Source of the DNA: an uncultured Coriobacteriaceae bacterium | GTDB taxonomy: Bacteria > Actinomycetota > Coriobacteriia > Coriobacteriales > Atopobiaceae | Reading direction: 5' to 3' | DNA: 64,000 bases | Assembly (NCBI GenBank): GCA_947426865.1 | Contig: CANEFS010000002.1 | Span: forward strand, 5,332 to 69,331 | In this document: positions 16,826 to 26,854 of the stretch, one piece after another | Layout: the number at the start of each line of letters is the position of its first letter | Numbering within the stretch: the first letter of the stretch is position 1 | Made by a program: the position numbers and the translations under genes | The notes under the pieces: generated by a model | Databases searched by the model: none | The model's input: the letters and a program-made list of their open reading frames with translations, nothing else | Told to the model about the DNA's origin: nothing

Positions 16826-18445
16826 TTAGGCTTCGGCCTTTTTAATAGCAGCGCGAATGAATTCTCTAAAGAGAGGTTGCGGGCGCGTTGGTCGGCTCTT
16901 GAATTCGGGGTGAGCTTGCATGGCCACAAACCAGGGATGAACGTCTTTGGGAAGTTCCACAATTTCTACCAAGGAGTTATCGGGGCTCGTTCCAGAAATG
17001 ACGAGGCCTGCCTCAACAAGGGTTCCTCGGTAAGCGTTGTTAAATTCGTAACGATGACGGTGGCGCTCGGCAATTTCTTTCTCGCCGTAAGCCTCAAAAG
17101 CGCGGGTGCCTTCTTTTACCACACAAGGATAGGAGCCCAGGCGCTGCGTTCCCCCCTTTGCCGAGATGTCGGTCTGCTCTTCCATGAGGTCGATAACGGG
17201 ATATTTGCACTTCTCGACAAACTCGGTGGAATTGGCGTCCTTCATGTTGGCAACGTTTCTAGCATACTCGCAAACCGCCACTTGCATGCCAAGGCAAATG
17301 CCCAAGTAAGGGATCTTGTGGGTGCGCGCATAGTTGGCCGCAAGAATCTTGCCCTCAATTCCGCGAATGCCAAAACCGCCCGGCACCAAAATGCCGTCAG
17401 CGTCGCCTAAGACCTTCTCGACATCGTCTTCTGTCAGGTTCTCGCCGTCGATGAGCTGCATGTCTACGTGGCGCCCAAAATAAATGGCGGCGTGGTGGAT
17501 GGCCTCGAGGACGGAGAGATAGGCGTCCGGGAGCTGCGTGTATTTGCCAACGACCTTGATGATAACCTTGTTCTCCTTGGCATCAGCCGCGTGCATGGCC
17601 TCGGTGAAGTCGGTCCAGGAGGATAGGTTGGGCTCTCTGGGGTCAAGGGCCAGGCGCTCGCAAACCTGCTCGTCAAAACCCTGATCTGCCAGGTGTGCCG
17701 GGACGTCGTAGATGGAAGGGCAGTCGGAATTTTCAAAGACGTGATCTGCCTCAACGTCGCAGAAGTTCGCAATCTTTCTGCGAATGTCGGCGTCGACCTC
17801 GTGGTCAGAGCGGCAGACGATGAAATCGGGCTGGATGCCCATGGAGCGCAACTCTTTGACCGAGTGCTGCGTTGGCTTCGTTTTGACCTCGTGAGCTGCA
17901 CTAATGTAGGGCACGAGACTGACGTGAATAAAGCAAATGTCGCGTGCGCTGTGCTTAGAGCGGAACTGGCGCATGGCTTCGACGAACGGCTGGCCTTCAA
18001 TGTCGCCAATCGTGCCACCGAGCTCTGTGATAACGACATCGGCGTCGGTGGTTTTCTCGATAGCTTCAAATTGGTCAACAATGGCGTCGGTTACGTGGGG
18101 CACGACCTGGACCGTGCCGCCCAAAAAGTCGCCCTCCCGCTCTTGTTTGATAAGGTTTTGATAAATGAGACCGGTCGTGAAGTTCGAGTCCTTCGTGAGG
18201 TTCTCGTCGATGAAGCGCTCGTAATGGCCCAGGTCAAGGTCGGTTTCTTTGCCGTCCTCGGTCACGAAAACTTCGCCGTGCTGGAAAGGACTCATTGTCC
18301 CGGGATCAACGTTGAGGTAAGGATCTGCCTTCTGCATCATGACTTTGTAGCCACGCGCCTTCAGAAGACGGCCGAGAGAAGCTGCGGTGATGCCTTTGCC
18401 AAGGGACGAAACGACTCCTCCAGTTACAAAGACATGCTTAGCCAT
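16826..18445 (-). CDS. pyrG: CTP synthase
   Basis: KHVFVTGGVVSSLGKGI and GICLGMQ glutamine amidotransferase motifs; full length. Confidence 0.96.
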   Translation of the reverse strand: MAKHVFVTGGVVSSLGKGITAASLGRLLKARGYKVMMQKADPYLNVDPGTMSPFQHGEVFVTEDGKETDLDLGHYERFIDENLTKDSNFTTGLIYQNLIKQEREGDFLGGTVQVVPHVTDAIVDQFEAIEKTTDADVVITELGGTIGDIEGQPFVEAMRQFRSKHSARDICFIHVSLVPYISAAHEVKTKPTQHSVKELRSMGIQPDFIVCRSDHEVDADIRRKIANFCDVEADHVFENSDCPSIYDVPAHLADQGFDEQVCERLALDPREPNLSSWTDFTEAMHAADAKENKVIIKVVGKYTQLPDAYLSVLEAIHHAAIYFGRHVDMQLIDGENLTEDDVEKVLGDADGILVPGGFGIRGIEGKILAANYARTHKIPYLGICLGMQVAVCEYARNVANMKDANSTEFVEKCKYPVIDLMEEQTDISAKGGTQRLGSYPCVVKEGTRAFEAYGEKEIAERHRHRYEFNNAYRGTLVEAGLVISGTSPDNSLVEIVELPKDVHPWFVAMQAHPEFKSRPTRPQPLFREFIRAAIKKAEA

Positions 18446-18625
18446 AAAAACCTCTTTTGAAACTCCCGCGAACTTCTTCCACGAACTTTTTCAGATTTTC
18501 AAATCTTCAGATTGTCGGTTGCAAGTGCTTTGCGGCCTTTTAGAAGCTTCCGAGAAGGGCTTTCCAGAAGGGCTTCGGGGCCGTTTCACTTACGCATTCC
18601 ATCGTAACAAATAAGCGGGCGCCCG

Positions 18626-20266
18626 TTAAGAGGAAAGAAGAGTTTTTGCGTGGCTGAGAGAAATTTCTGTAACCTCTCCCGAAAGCATGCGCGCAATCTC
18701 TTTGGCGCGCGCCTCCCCTTCTACTTCGGTGAGGGTGGTTTCGGGGATGGAGGCGGCGCTAGAATTGATGGTCGCACTTTCGGTTTTCTCGACGATATAG
18801 TGCTTATCGGCAACGCTTGCCACCTGCGGAAGGTGCGTTACGCAAAGAATCTGATGCGTTTTTGAGAGCTCTTTTAAGACCTGGGCGAGCGCGAGAGCGA
18901 CGTGTCCTCCCACCCCGGCGTCAACCTCGTCGAAAACGAGCGTCTCCACCTCGTCTGCCGCTCCTGCAACAGCTTTTATGGCAAGCATAACGCGGCTTAC
19001 CTCGCCGCCGGAGGCGACTTTTTTGAACGGCTTTGAGGAGAGGTTCTCGGCCGGGCGATACATGAACTCAATCCGAGAAGGCCCTGTCTCTGTCCAGTTT
19101 TCCTTGTCAAGAGGGGTAAATTGCATCTCAAGCGAAGCCGTTCCCATTTCAAGCTTTGCCATCTCGTTCGTGACCGCTTGCACAAAACGCGGAGCGACTT
19201 CTTTGCGAGCCTCGTTGAGTTTCTCGGCCTTGGCCTGGAGATTTTCTCGCGCCTTTGCGAGGGCTTGCTCAGCCGCCGCGACGGCCTCTTCCGAATTGTT
19301 CACGGCAGACACGATGACCTTTGCCGCAGCGAGGCGCTCCAGAACGTCTTGCATTGTTGGTCCAAAAGTGCGCATGAGAGCCTGCAGGGTGGCCTGGCGA
19401 TCTTGCATCTGAGACAGGCGCGCGGCGTCGATGTCGATATTTGCCGCGTAGTCTCGAAGCGTTGCCGCCACGTCCTCAATCTCGCGCGTTGCTGCCTCTA
19501 ACTGGTCCTTTTTGCCCTCTAGGTCAGGATCCAGAGCCGCCGCCTCTTTAAGCGCTGAAAGAGCAATCTGCAAGCTGTCGATGGCTCCAGCCTCATCGCT
19601 CAGAGCCGCATGGGCCTCACTTGAAAACTCCACGAGCTTTCCGGCGTGTTCTGCCTTGGGCAAGGTTTTCTCGAGCTCATCGAGCTCCTCTTGGCTGGGG
19701 CGTGCCTCTTCTATGCGCTCTACCTCGTAGGTTGCCTGCGCAAGCTTCTCGCTTCCCGCCCGCGAGGCTTCCTTCATTTCTGCCAGCGCGGCAGCGGCTT
19801 CCTTCTTTTTTTGAAGCGCTTCTTGGTAGGCTGCCAGAGGTTTTGCGACCATATCTTTTGCCCAGGCGTCCAAAAGCGCCACATGACTTGCCACGTCGAG
19901 GAGCTTTTGATGCTCATGCTGCCCACAAAGATCAATCGATACGCCAGCCGTTTCTGCCAGGGCTTTTACCGGCTCGATATCGCCGTCAATCGTCACGCGA
20001 GAGCGTCCGTCCTTAGAAACGCTCCGCTTTAAAATGTGTTCTTCCTGCTTTTCGCCCGAGAAAAGCCTCGCCTCTACGAGAAGCTCGTCTTGACCTTCCC
20101 GCACCATGTCGGCGCCGGCGCGCTCCCCTACAAGCAGCTTGAGCGCGGAAAGAAACGCCGTTTTCCCCGAGCCCGTCTCTCCCGTGATGACAGTAAGACC
20201 GGGCGCAGGGCTGATGGAGGCCTCTTTGATGAGGGCGACGTTTTTAGCTTTCAGCTCGTCTAGCAT
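18626..20266 (-). CDS. recN: DNA repair protein RecN
   Basis: MLDELKAKNVALI, Walker A GETGSGKT, coiled-coil middle, SGGE signature. Confidence 0.94.
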   Translation of the reverse strand: MLDELKAKNVALIKEASISPAPGLTVITGETGSGKTAFLSALKLLVGERAGADMVREGQDELLVEARLFSGEKQEEHILKRSVSKDGRSRVTIDGDIEPVKALAETAGVSIDLCGQHEHQKLLDVASHVALLDAWAKDMVAKPLAAYQEALQKKKEAAAALAEMKEASRAGSEKLAQATYEVERIEEARPSQEELDELEKTLPKAEHAGKLVEFSSEAHAALSDEAGAIDSLQIALSALKEAAALDPDLEGKKDQLEAATREIEDVAATLRDYAANIDIDAARLSQMQDRQATLQALMRTFGPTMQDVLERLAAAKVIVSAVNNSEEAVAAAEQALAKARENLQAKAEKLNEARKEVAPRFVQAVTNEMAKLEMGTASLEMQFTPLDKENWTETGPSRIEFMYRPAENLSSKPFKKVASGGEVSRVMLAIKAVAGAADEVETLVFDEVDAGVGGHVALALAQVLKELSKTHQILCVTHLPQVASVADKHYIVEKTESATINSSAASIPETTLTEVEGEARAKEIARMLSGEVTEISLSHAKTLLSS

Positions 20267-21339
20267 AGGCCGTCCTGCTCTGGAGTTTCGTCGGGCTCAT
20301 CTTTTGTTTCTTTTGAGGGCGTTCCTGCGGTAGCTCCGCGCGTTTTTCTCGGCCGCAATGAAGAATTCGTGGTATTGGGAAAGTCGTTGAAGCCGTAGAA
20401 GACGCGAGAAACGCTTCTGTAAAAAGCGTGATTGTCGTCGGCGAGAAGGTGGATGTCCTCTTTGCCACGCGAAACAGTTACTTTTTGCGGAAGCCACTTG
20501 CTCTTTTGGTTTTGACCAAAGATAGCCTCAGCTGTGGAGTCAACGGAGTCGATTGGATCGACGAGGTCGCCTGAGTTGCCCGCATCGCCCAGATCACCCA
20601 AATCCTTGGGAAGGATGAGGCGCCCGTCACAGAAAACTAAGCGGTCTACCGGGCGTTCTTTCAAAACCGTCAGCTCAACAATGTCGGAGGCGCTGGGCAG
20701 AAACGCGCGAGCCTGGATGGTATGAGGGGCAATGGGGACGCAAACCATGCCTCTAAAATCTGGCGTAACAATGGGGCCCCCGGCGCTGAGTGCATAGCCT
20801 GTCGAGCCCGTCGCGGTTGAGACAACGAAGCCGTCCGCTCTGAGGTTGTCGATGAAGTTTCCAGAAACGTGAATATCGAACTCGACGATATCTCCCATCG
20901 ATCCTCGTGAAAGAGCCATTTCGTTGAGACAAAATACGTCTTTAACCTCGCGCGTCTTGCCCGCTTCGTCCTGAAAGATGACATCAACCGAAAGCGTCGT
21001 TCGGTTGTCCGAATGGAGCTCACCGGCCATGGCTCGGGAGATGGTTTGCTGTACGTTGTGGGCATCAGCGCCGGTCAAAAAACCAAGGTGTCCGTAGGAA
21101 ATGCCCAGGAGAGGCGTGCCAGCGTAGCGAATGAGGCGTGCTGCCCTCAAAAGCGTTCCGTCACCGCCAAACGAGATGACGAGGTCGCTGTCGGCGGCAT
21201 TGTGCTCGCCAAGGGGAGCGCGCTCTTTGTTGTAGGCCCAAGCAACTTCGACGTCTTCAGCTTCCAGCCACTCAGCAACATTTTGAGCGCCTTCGGTGGC
21301 GTCTTCGCGCGAGTAATTTGGAACGATAAGTACCTTCAT
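20260..21339 (-). CDS. nadK: NAD kinase with a ~100-aa low-complexity C-terminal extension
   Basis: GGDGTLL and ATGSTGYALSAGGP motifs. ATG 21339 (MKVLIVPNY) is preferred over the longer ORF start at 21408. Confidence 0.88.
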   Translation of the reverse strand: MKVLIVPNYSREDATEGAQNVAEWLEAEDVEVAWAYNKERAPLGEHNAADSDLVISFGGDGTLLRAARLIRYAGTPLLGISYGHLGFLTGADAHNVQQTISRAMAGELHSDNRTTLSVDVIFQDEAGKTREVKDVFCLNEMALSRGSMGDIVEFDIHVSGNFIDNLRADGFVVSTATGSTGYALSAGGPIVTPDFRGMVCVPIAPHTIQARAFLPSASDIVELTVLKERPVDRLVFCDGRLILPKDLGDLGDAGNSGDLVDPIDSVDSTAEAIFGQNQKSKWLPQKVTVSRGKEDIHLLADDNHAFYRSVSRVFYGFNDFPNTTNSSLRPRKTRGATAGTPSKETKDEPDETPEQDGLC

Positions 21340-21481
21340 ATTAGTATGGGTCCCTTTCGCAGTGGCTTCGCAATCCACGTCGCAATTTCTCTTTTTCGCC
21401 TTTTCCATTATGAAGCAAAAGAGCGCAACTGGCGCGATTTGTTTTTAATCGAGGGCGCTAGTGCGATTTCGGTAAGGTGTT

Positions 21482-22237
21482 TCAAGCACGCTCTGCCCAA
21501 AGAAGATATTCTTGGTTTCCCTTCGTCCCTTTAATGGGGCTTTTAGCGAGCCCCATTATCACGAAGCCCTCCTCTTCCAGCGCGGCTTTCACCTGCTCAA
21601 TTGCCTCCTTCTGGTATTCCTCGTTCGTCACAATTCCTCCTTCAGAAATTTTTTCTCGGGAAAGTTCGAATTGAGGTTTTACCAGGCACAAAAGGGTCGC
21701 CCCGGGAGCAAGAAGCACGCAGATGGCCCTTCGTATGCTTTCGATGGAGGTGAAGCTGACGTCCACCGTCGCAAATTCGAACGCACCGGCGTTTTCCGGG
21801 CGCTCGGCAAAGTCGCGGACATTGGTTTTCTCAAACAGCGCCACCCGAGCGTCTCCGCGAAGTCCCCAGTCAAACTGCGCGTAGCCCACATCGACGGCTG
21901 CAACCGAGGCCGCCCCCTCTCGCAAAAGGCAGTCAGTAAATCCCCCGGTAGAGCAGCCTATATCGACGCATTTTTTTCCTTTAGCCGAGAAACCCTCCTC
22001 ACTCCAGGCCTGAAACGCTCCTTCAAGTTTCTCGCCGCCGCGACTGACGTATTTGGCGGAATCTTTCACGTGCAGGTAATCATCTGCCTTCACCGGAGTC
22101 GCGGCGGAAGTGAAGCGCTCACCTTTGCCGGAGACGAGCCCTGCCATGATGGCTCGGTCAGCCTCGTCAACAGAAGAAAAGAGCCCGCGTGAAACGAGCT
22201 CCTCATCCAGGCGTTTTTTGGGAGATTTCTTAGACAT
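21482..22237 (-). CDS. tlyA: TlyA-family rRNA (cytidine-2'-O)-methyltransferase
   Basis: S4-like RLDEELVSRGLF and SAM motif DIGCSTGGFTDCLL. ATG 22237 overlaps the upstream stop (ATGTCTAA). Confidence 0.88.
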   Translation of the reverse strand: MSKKSPKKRLDEELVSRGLFSSVDEADRAIMAGLVSGKGERFTSAATPVKADDYLHVKDSAKYVSRGGEKLEGAFQAWSEEGFSAKGKKCVDIGCSTGGFTDCLLREGAASVAAVDVGYAQFDWGLRGDARVALFEKTNVRDFAERPENAGAFEFATVDVSFTSIESIRRAICVLLAPGATLLCLVKPQFELSREKISEGGIVTNEEYQKEAIEQVKAALEEEGFVIMGLAKSPIKGTKGNQEYLLWAERA

Positions 22238-22697
22238 CCGGCGTCCATTTGCCGTCATCGGCGTCGGTTTCTGCTTCGTGAAGAGCAATGTCGTCGGCAG
22301 GAATGTAACCTTCTTCTGAGGCCGCGCTTTCTTCAGCATCGCTAGCGGCTCCTTCGCGGTCGGCTGCACCAGTGGTCTCTTCGCCGTCTGCTTCCCCAGC
22401 TAACACTTCGGCCTCCTGGGCTTCCTCTTGAAGGCCTTCCTCGTCGACCTTCTCGCCCACAATCTCTTGGTCCTCTTCAACTTCATCGTTAACGAGCTCT
22501 TGCAAGCGGGCTTTTTCCTCGTCGCTCAGATGCTCATCGTCGATTAAATCAGTCGCCTTTGTGCCGAGCTTGACGGCCTCTTCCAAAAGGTCAATGGAAG
22601 TCTCAAGAGAGGCATCCTCATCCTGAACCTGATCTGCAATCTCTTGCAGGCGTCTTGAGATTTCTTCAAAGCTCTCTTTCGTATTTTCTTCACTCAT
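22230..22697 (-). CDS. xseB: Exodeoxyribonuclease VII small-subunit-like protein (XseB domain) with a ~90-aa acidic tail
   Basis: ESFEEISRRLQEIADQVQDEDASLETSIDLLEEAVKLGTKA aligns by eye with XseB. The rest is a D/E-rich tail. Confidence 0.65.
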   Translation of the reverse strand: MSEENTKESFEEISRRLQEIADQVQDEDASLETSIDLLEEAVKLGTKATDLIDDEHLSDEEKARLQELVNDEVEEDQEIVGEKVDEEGLQEEAQEAEVLAGEADGEETTGAADREGAASDAEESAASEEGYIPADDIALHEAETDADDGKWTPDV

Positions 22698-22724
22698 GTC
22701 CGCTCTATTCTTTCTCAATTTTCT

Positions 22725-23438
22725 TTACTCTGTTTGCTTTGCGTCTGCCTTCGTTTCGGCGTTCGATTCTATCTTTGCCGCAGAATCTTTTTTATCGTCG
22801 GCGGCATTTTCTCTGCTCGCCTCAACTTCTGCTTCCGGACCATTTGCTGCCTCCGCGCCTTTTTCGGCGCTCGCGTCTTTTTCTGCAGCAGAAGCTTTAT
22901 CAATAGTATCGGCGGCCTGCCGTAAAAAATCCACGCCTTTCGAGCTGTCGCGCACGATGCGACCCAAAATGCCATTCACAAACTGGTAGGAATCCTCTCC
23001 CCCAAAAATTTTCGAGAGGCGCACGGCCTCATTAATGGCCACTTCTTCGTCAACCGTCGTGTCTTTCTCGGCCATGCCGATGGCCTCCCCTGCCGTAGCG
23101 ATTTCGTCCGAGAACAAAATCTCGTAGAGCGCCAGGCGTAAAATGTTGCGGTCGACTTCAGCGAAACGGTCGATGTTCCAATTAGTCGAAACGGCTTGCA
23201 AAACGCTGTCAAGAAGCCCGCGCTTTTGATAGGTCTGCGTCGCAAGAAGCTGCGCGAAATCGTCGGCCGGTCCGTCCGTTACCACGTAATCGGAGGCGAG
23301 CACTTGCTCCATGCTCTGATAGGAATTCTCGGCCTGAAAAAGCAGCTGCAAAGCTTGCGCGCGCGAAAGGAGACGCCCAAAAAGGACGGGATGCTCTCTC
23401 GAGGAAGCAGAGGGAACGGAATCGGATGGGTCAAACAT
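22725..23438 (-). CDS. nusB: Transcription antitermination factor NusB with a K/E/A-rich C-terminal extension
   Basis: DRNILRLALYEILF and AINEAVRLSKIFGGEDSYQFVNGILGRI motifs. Confidence 0.9.
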   Translation of the reverse strand: MFDPSDSVPSASSREHPVLFGRLLSRAQALQLLFQAENSYQSMEQVLASDYVVTDGPADDFAQLLATQTYQKRGLLDSVLQAVSTNWNIDRFAEVDRNILRLALYEILFSDEIATAGEAIGMAEKDTTVDEEVAINEAVRLSKIFGGEDSYQFVNGILGRIVRDSSKGVDFLRQAADTIDKASAAEKDASAEKGAEAANGPEAEVEASRENAADDKKDSAAKIESNAETKADAKQTE

Positions 23439-23441
23439 ATA

Positions 23442-23801
23442 TTAGTTCTTGGGGAAAATCAGCTGATCGATTACGACGTTGACCTCGGAAACCTCCACGC
23501 CAATCTGCATGTTGAGCGCTTCTGCGGTGGCGATGCGGATCTTCTCGGCAAGCTCGGGGAACTCGTAGCCAAAAAAGACAGCCACCGGAACAGTAACGGA
23601 GACTTTATCGTCAACAGCCTCGCTTGTGATGAAATCGGTAGGGTCGGGGGCTTTGTTGGTAATGAGTGACAAAATATTGGAGGCGGCGTTGTGACCCATC
23701 ACGTAGGCCACACCCTCAATCTCTTCCACAGCAGAAGTCACAATCGTGTCGATGACGTTGTTGGAAATGGCGAAATCTTTCATTTCAATTTCTGAAGGCA
23801 T
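23442..23801 (-). CDS. Asp23/Gls24-family envelope stress protein
   Basis: ISNNVIDTIVTSAVEEIEGVA and typical size. ATG 23801 has a strong AAGAGGAG RBS. Confidence 0.8.
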   Translation of the reverse strand: MPSEIEMKDFAISNNVIDTIVTSAVEEIEGVAYVMGHNAASNILSLITNKAPDPTDFITSEAVDDKVSVTVPVAVFFGYEFPELAEKIRIATAEALNMQIGVEVSEVNVVIDQLIFPKN

Positions 23802-23946
23802 GCGCTCTCCTCTTAAATCTTTCAAAATCTTTCAGTTGCAAATCTTTGCTTGCTTTTGGTTGCAGTCTATCCCGTGCGATTCCTTGGTAGTCAAACTTAG
23901 TGGGCAAAATCAGCACTCTCTTAAGTATCTCCGTTAAGCGGACAGC

Positions 23947-24510
23947 TTAAACACGGCCCACAAACTCGCCGGTACGCGTGTCGATTTTGATTTTCTCGCC
24001 CTCGTTGAGGTACATGGGCACCTGCAAAGTCGCACCCGTTACAATCGTTGCGGGCTTCGTGCCACCTTGAACGGTATCGCCCTTAAAGCCAGGGTCAGTT
24101 TGGGTAATCTCGGTCTCGATGAACATGGGAGGAGTTACGCCCAAAAGCTCATCGCCAGCAAACATAATCTGGACCGTATCGTTTTCGAGAAGCCACTTCT
24201 CATTTTCGCCAATGTAGCCCTTGGAGAGGGGCAGCTGCTCGTAAGTCTCGTTGTCCATGAAGTAATAATCTTGGCCGTCGTTGTAAAGGTATTGGTATTC
24301 CTTCGTGATAAGCGACACATTTTCGAACTTCGAGCCGGCATTGCACGTCTGGTCAATGACGCGACCGTTTTTGAGGTCCTTAATTTTGTAGCGAACGAAA
24401 GCTCCGCCTTTACCAGGCTTAACGTGCTGGAACTCGACAATCGTATAGATTTTATCTTTGATTTTGAGGCCCATGCCATTTTTAAAATCAGCAGTTGAAA
24501 TCTGAGGCAC
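23947..24510 (-). CDS. efp: Elongation factor P
   Basis: HVKPGKGGAFVRYKIKDL and full-length similarity. Confidence 0.96.
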   Translation of the reverse strand: MPQISTADFKNGMGLKIKDKIYTIVEFQHVKPGKGGAFVRYKIKDLKNGRVIDQTCNAGSKFENVSLITKEYQYLYNDGQDYYFMDNETYEQLPLSKGYIGENEKWLLENDTVQIMFAGDELLGVTPPMFIETEITQTDPGFKGDTVQGGTKPATIVTGATLQVPMYLNEGEKIKIDTRTGEFVGRV

Positions 24511-24661
24511 TTTTCTCTCCTTTTTTGCGTTAACGCTGGCTATTTTAACAGAATTGCCGAGAAAAGATTTTCAGGGTTGTCGGGCAAAAATGGCAAGGAA
24601 GCATTCCAGAAAGCTTCACGCCGCAATTAGTCTCTTGCGCAAGCCTAAGTGATTAAAAAGA

Positions 24662-25129
24662 TTAAGATTTCTTCTTATCCGAGGACGCCTTCTTGAAAAA
24701 GCTTTTAATCTTGTCTTTTAGAAAACGGCCGGCAGATTGAATATTTTGCGGAGCTGAAGAAAGCTTTTCTCGGCCAATGCGCTTGTTCAATTCGCGAACA
24801 AGGTTTTTCCCATCGTTTACCACAAACTCAAGAGGCTGTGTCTCTTTCGTCGCGACCTTAATGGAACGCACGTAGTTGCCGGCGGGAATATCCACCTCAA
24901 CGCCCTCAACCGAGGTCCAAGGAATTTGAATGTAGCCTCGGCCCGAGTCGGCGCGAAAATCGATTCCCCTGTTGCCAACCGCCATCTTTCCCGGCGTGGG
25001 GAAAAGGTGGTTCGAAAAACTGTTCGCTCGAACGACAAGGTCGACCTCAGTGTTAAGGTCGCTCGCCTTCTCCTTCGAGAAAACGGCCGCCTCTTTAAGG
25101 CGCGTTACATCTTCTTTTTTTCCAAACAT
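24662..25129 (-). CDS. DUF956 (ManO-like) protein
   Basis: EVDLVVRANS...GNRGIDF...GYIQIPWTSVEGVEV resembles the ManO proteins that follow mannose-PTS operons in Firmicutes. This rests on my recollection of the family. Confidence 0.55.
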   Translation of the reverse strand: MFGKKEDVTRLKEAAVFSKEKASDLNTEVDLVVRANSFSNHLFPTPGKMAVGNRGIDFRADSGRGYIQIPWTSVEGVEVDIPAGNYVRSIKVATKETQPLEFVVNDGKNLVRELNKRIGREKLSSAPQNIQSAGRFLKDKIKSFFKKASSDKKKS

Positions 25130-25134
25130 TTTTT

Positions 25135-26757
25135 CTAACCAAAGAGTCCTGTCGTCGCCGAGAAAATCACGCCGACAATGCCCAGAACCACGATGAGGGC
25201 AAGAAAAGCAATCTCCCAGGGCTTGAAAGGCGTAACTTTTTCTGCAATCTCGAGGGGTTTCTCGGCATCTTTGGAGGTGTTCGCATCTTTGGAAGCGCCT
25301 GCTCCCGCTTCTACCTCAAGCTTCTTTCGCATCTCGAACTGTCCGCGCAACAAAAGCGGAATGCCCAGCATGTAGAAGAAGCAGGCAATCAACAGGTAGT
25401 TGAGACCAGCGGCATAAATCAGATAGAGCGAGAAAACGGTTCCTATGAGGCCGGTTGCAAAGGCAGCCGCGCGTGAGAAATTCTTTTTCTCCCACCACTT
25501 CCCTTTCAGCGTGAAAGCCATCTTCCACAAGAACAGACAGGACAAAAAGTAGCTCGGCAGGGCCATGATATTAGTGATGGCGATAACAACTTCCCACGTA
25601 TTTCCCGACAGGAAGTGGACGATGAAAACGAGCACGGTGCCCAAAATCATCGTGCAGGTGTAGGCAAACGTGGGAGCGCCGTGAGAGTTGACGGAATCAA
25701 AGCGCTGCGGGAAAAGGCCGGCGCGAGCTCCGAAGAGGGGCATCTCGCCCAGCATGTTGAGCTTCACAAGACCGGTCGAGAGAACAGAAATGATGATGCC
25801 CACATTAACGAGAGCCGAGCCCCACGCGGGGAAGGCGTTTCCCACAATAACGGCGAGCGAGGGGTTCGTCATGCCTTGAACCTCGCTTGCAACGTAGACG
25901 CCCAAGGGCAATATCGAGACAAGCGCGTAGAGAAAGAGTACCGCAATAAAACCGAGAACCGTTGCGCGAGCGACGTCCTTTTGGTTTCTCGCCTGCCCGG
26001 AGATGACAACGGCACCCTCAATTCCTGTGAAAAGGAAAAGCGTCACCATCATTGTCTTTGCAATTTGAGGACCGAGGTTCTCCCAAGAAAAGGCAAAGGG
26101 AATTCCTTCTTGTGACAGGCCCCAGAACTCTTTAATAAAAAGGGAAGCCTTAAAGCCCAGGAGCAAAACGACGATGGCCAAAGTGACCGGAATCAACTTG
26201 CCAATGGTGCCAGCGATGTTGAGAAGAGCCGACTGCTTAACGCCTCGGTTTGCAATTAAGAAAAAGCCCCAAAGCATCACGACCGAGAAGGCCACATCGA
26301 GCCACGTAAAGGAGCCCTCGGCATCACTAAAGACACCAGGGAAAAAGCGCGCGAGCGTCTGTGTGATGAGCACGCAATAGACGATAATGACGCAGGTATT
26401 CGAAATCCAATAGCCAAAAGCACTCAAAAAACCGACGATACGCCCGAAACCTTGCTCGGCGTAAGTGAAGATGCCGTTTTTTAGCTCGGGGAAGGAGTCG
26501 GCGAGAATGCGGAAGGTGTTTGCGAGAAACCAAATGCCAAAGGCAGTAATAGCCCAGGCAATGATAAGGCCTCCCGGCGTTGCGGCGTTTGCCGAATCTT
26601 GTGGCAGATTGAAGACGCCGCCGCCCACCATCGCCGAGACAACAAAGGCGACTAAGGCAATCAAGCCAACTTTTTTAGAAGAAGAGAGAAGGACTTGCGC
26701 CCCTCCCTCTTTCTTGTTTCGATTCTCTTTCGCTGTGCTCTCTTTTGCACCTGTCAT
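25135..26757 (-). CDS. APC-superfamily amino-acid permease (basic amino acid/polyamine antiporter, ArcD-like)
   Basis: LIALVAFVVSAMVGGGVFNLPQ N-terminal signature, about 13 hydrophobic segments. Confidence 0.8.
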   Translation of the reverse strand: MTGAKESTAKENRNKKEGGAQVLLSSSKKVGLIALVAFVVSAMVGGGVFNLPQDSANAATPGGLIIAWAITAFGIWFLANTFRILADSFPELKNGIFTYAEQGFGRIVGFLSAFGYWISNTCVIIVYCVLITQTLARFFPGVFSDAEGSFTWLDVAFSVVMLWGFFLIANRGVKQSALLNIAGTIGKLIPVTLAIVVLLLGFKASLFIKEFWGLSQEGIPFAFSWENLGPQIAKTMMVTLFLFTGIEGAVVISGQARNQKDVARATVLGFIAVLFLYALVSILPLGVYVASEVQGMTNPSLAVIVGNAFPAWGSALVNVGIIISVLSTGLVKLNMLGEMPLFGARAGLFPQRFDSVNSHGAPTFAYTCTMILGTVLVFIVHFLSGNTWEVVIAITNIMALPSYFLSCLFLWKMAFTLKGKWWEKKNFSRAAAFATGLIGTVFSLYLIYAAGLNYLLIACFFYMLGIPLLLRGQFEMRKKLEVEAGAGASKDANTSKDAEKPLEIAEKVTPFKPWEIAFLALIVVLGIVGVIFSATTGLFG

Positions 26758-26854
26758 TTTTGCCGTCCTTTAACAGCGTTTATTACGAATAGCTTCTCTG
26801 CTTAAAGCGTTCTAGCGAACAATCAGCAAGGAAATATCGTCGTCTTCAGGAAAT

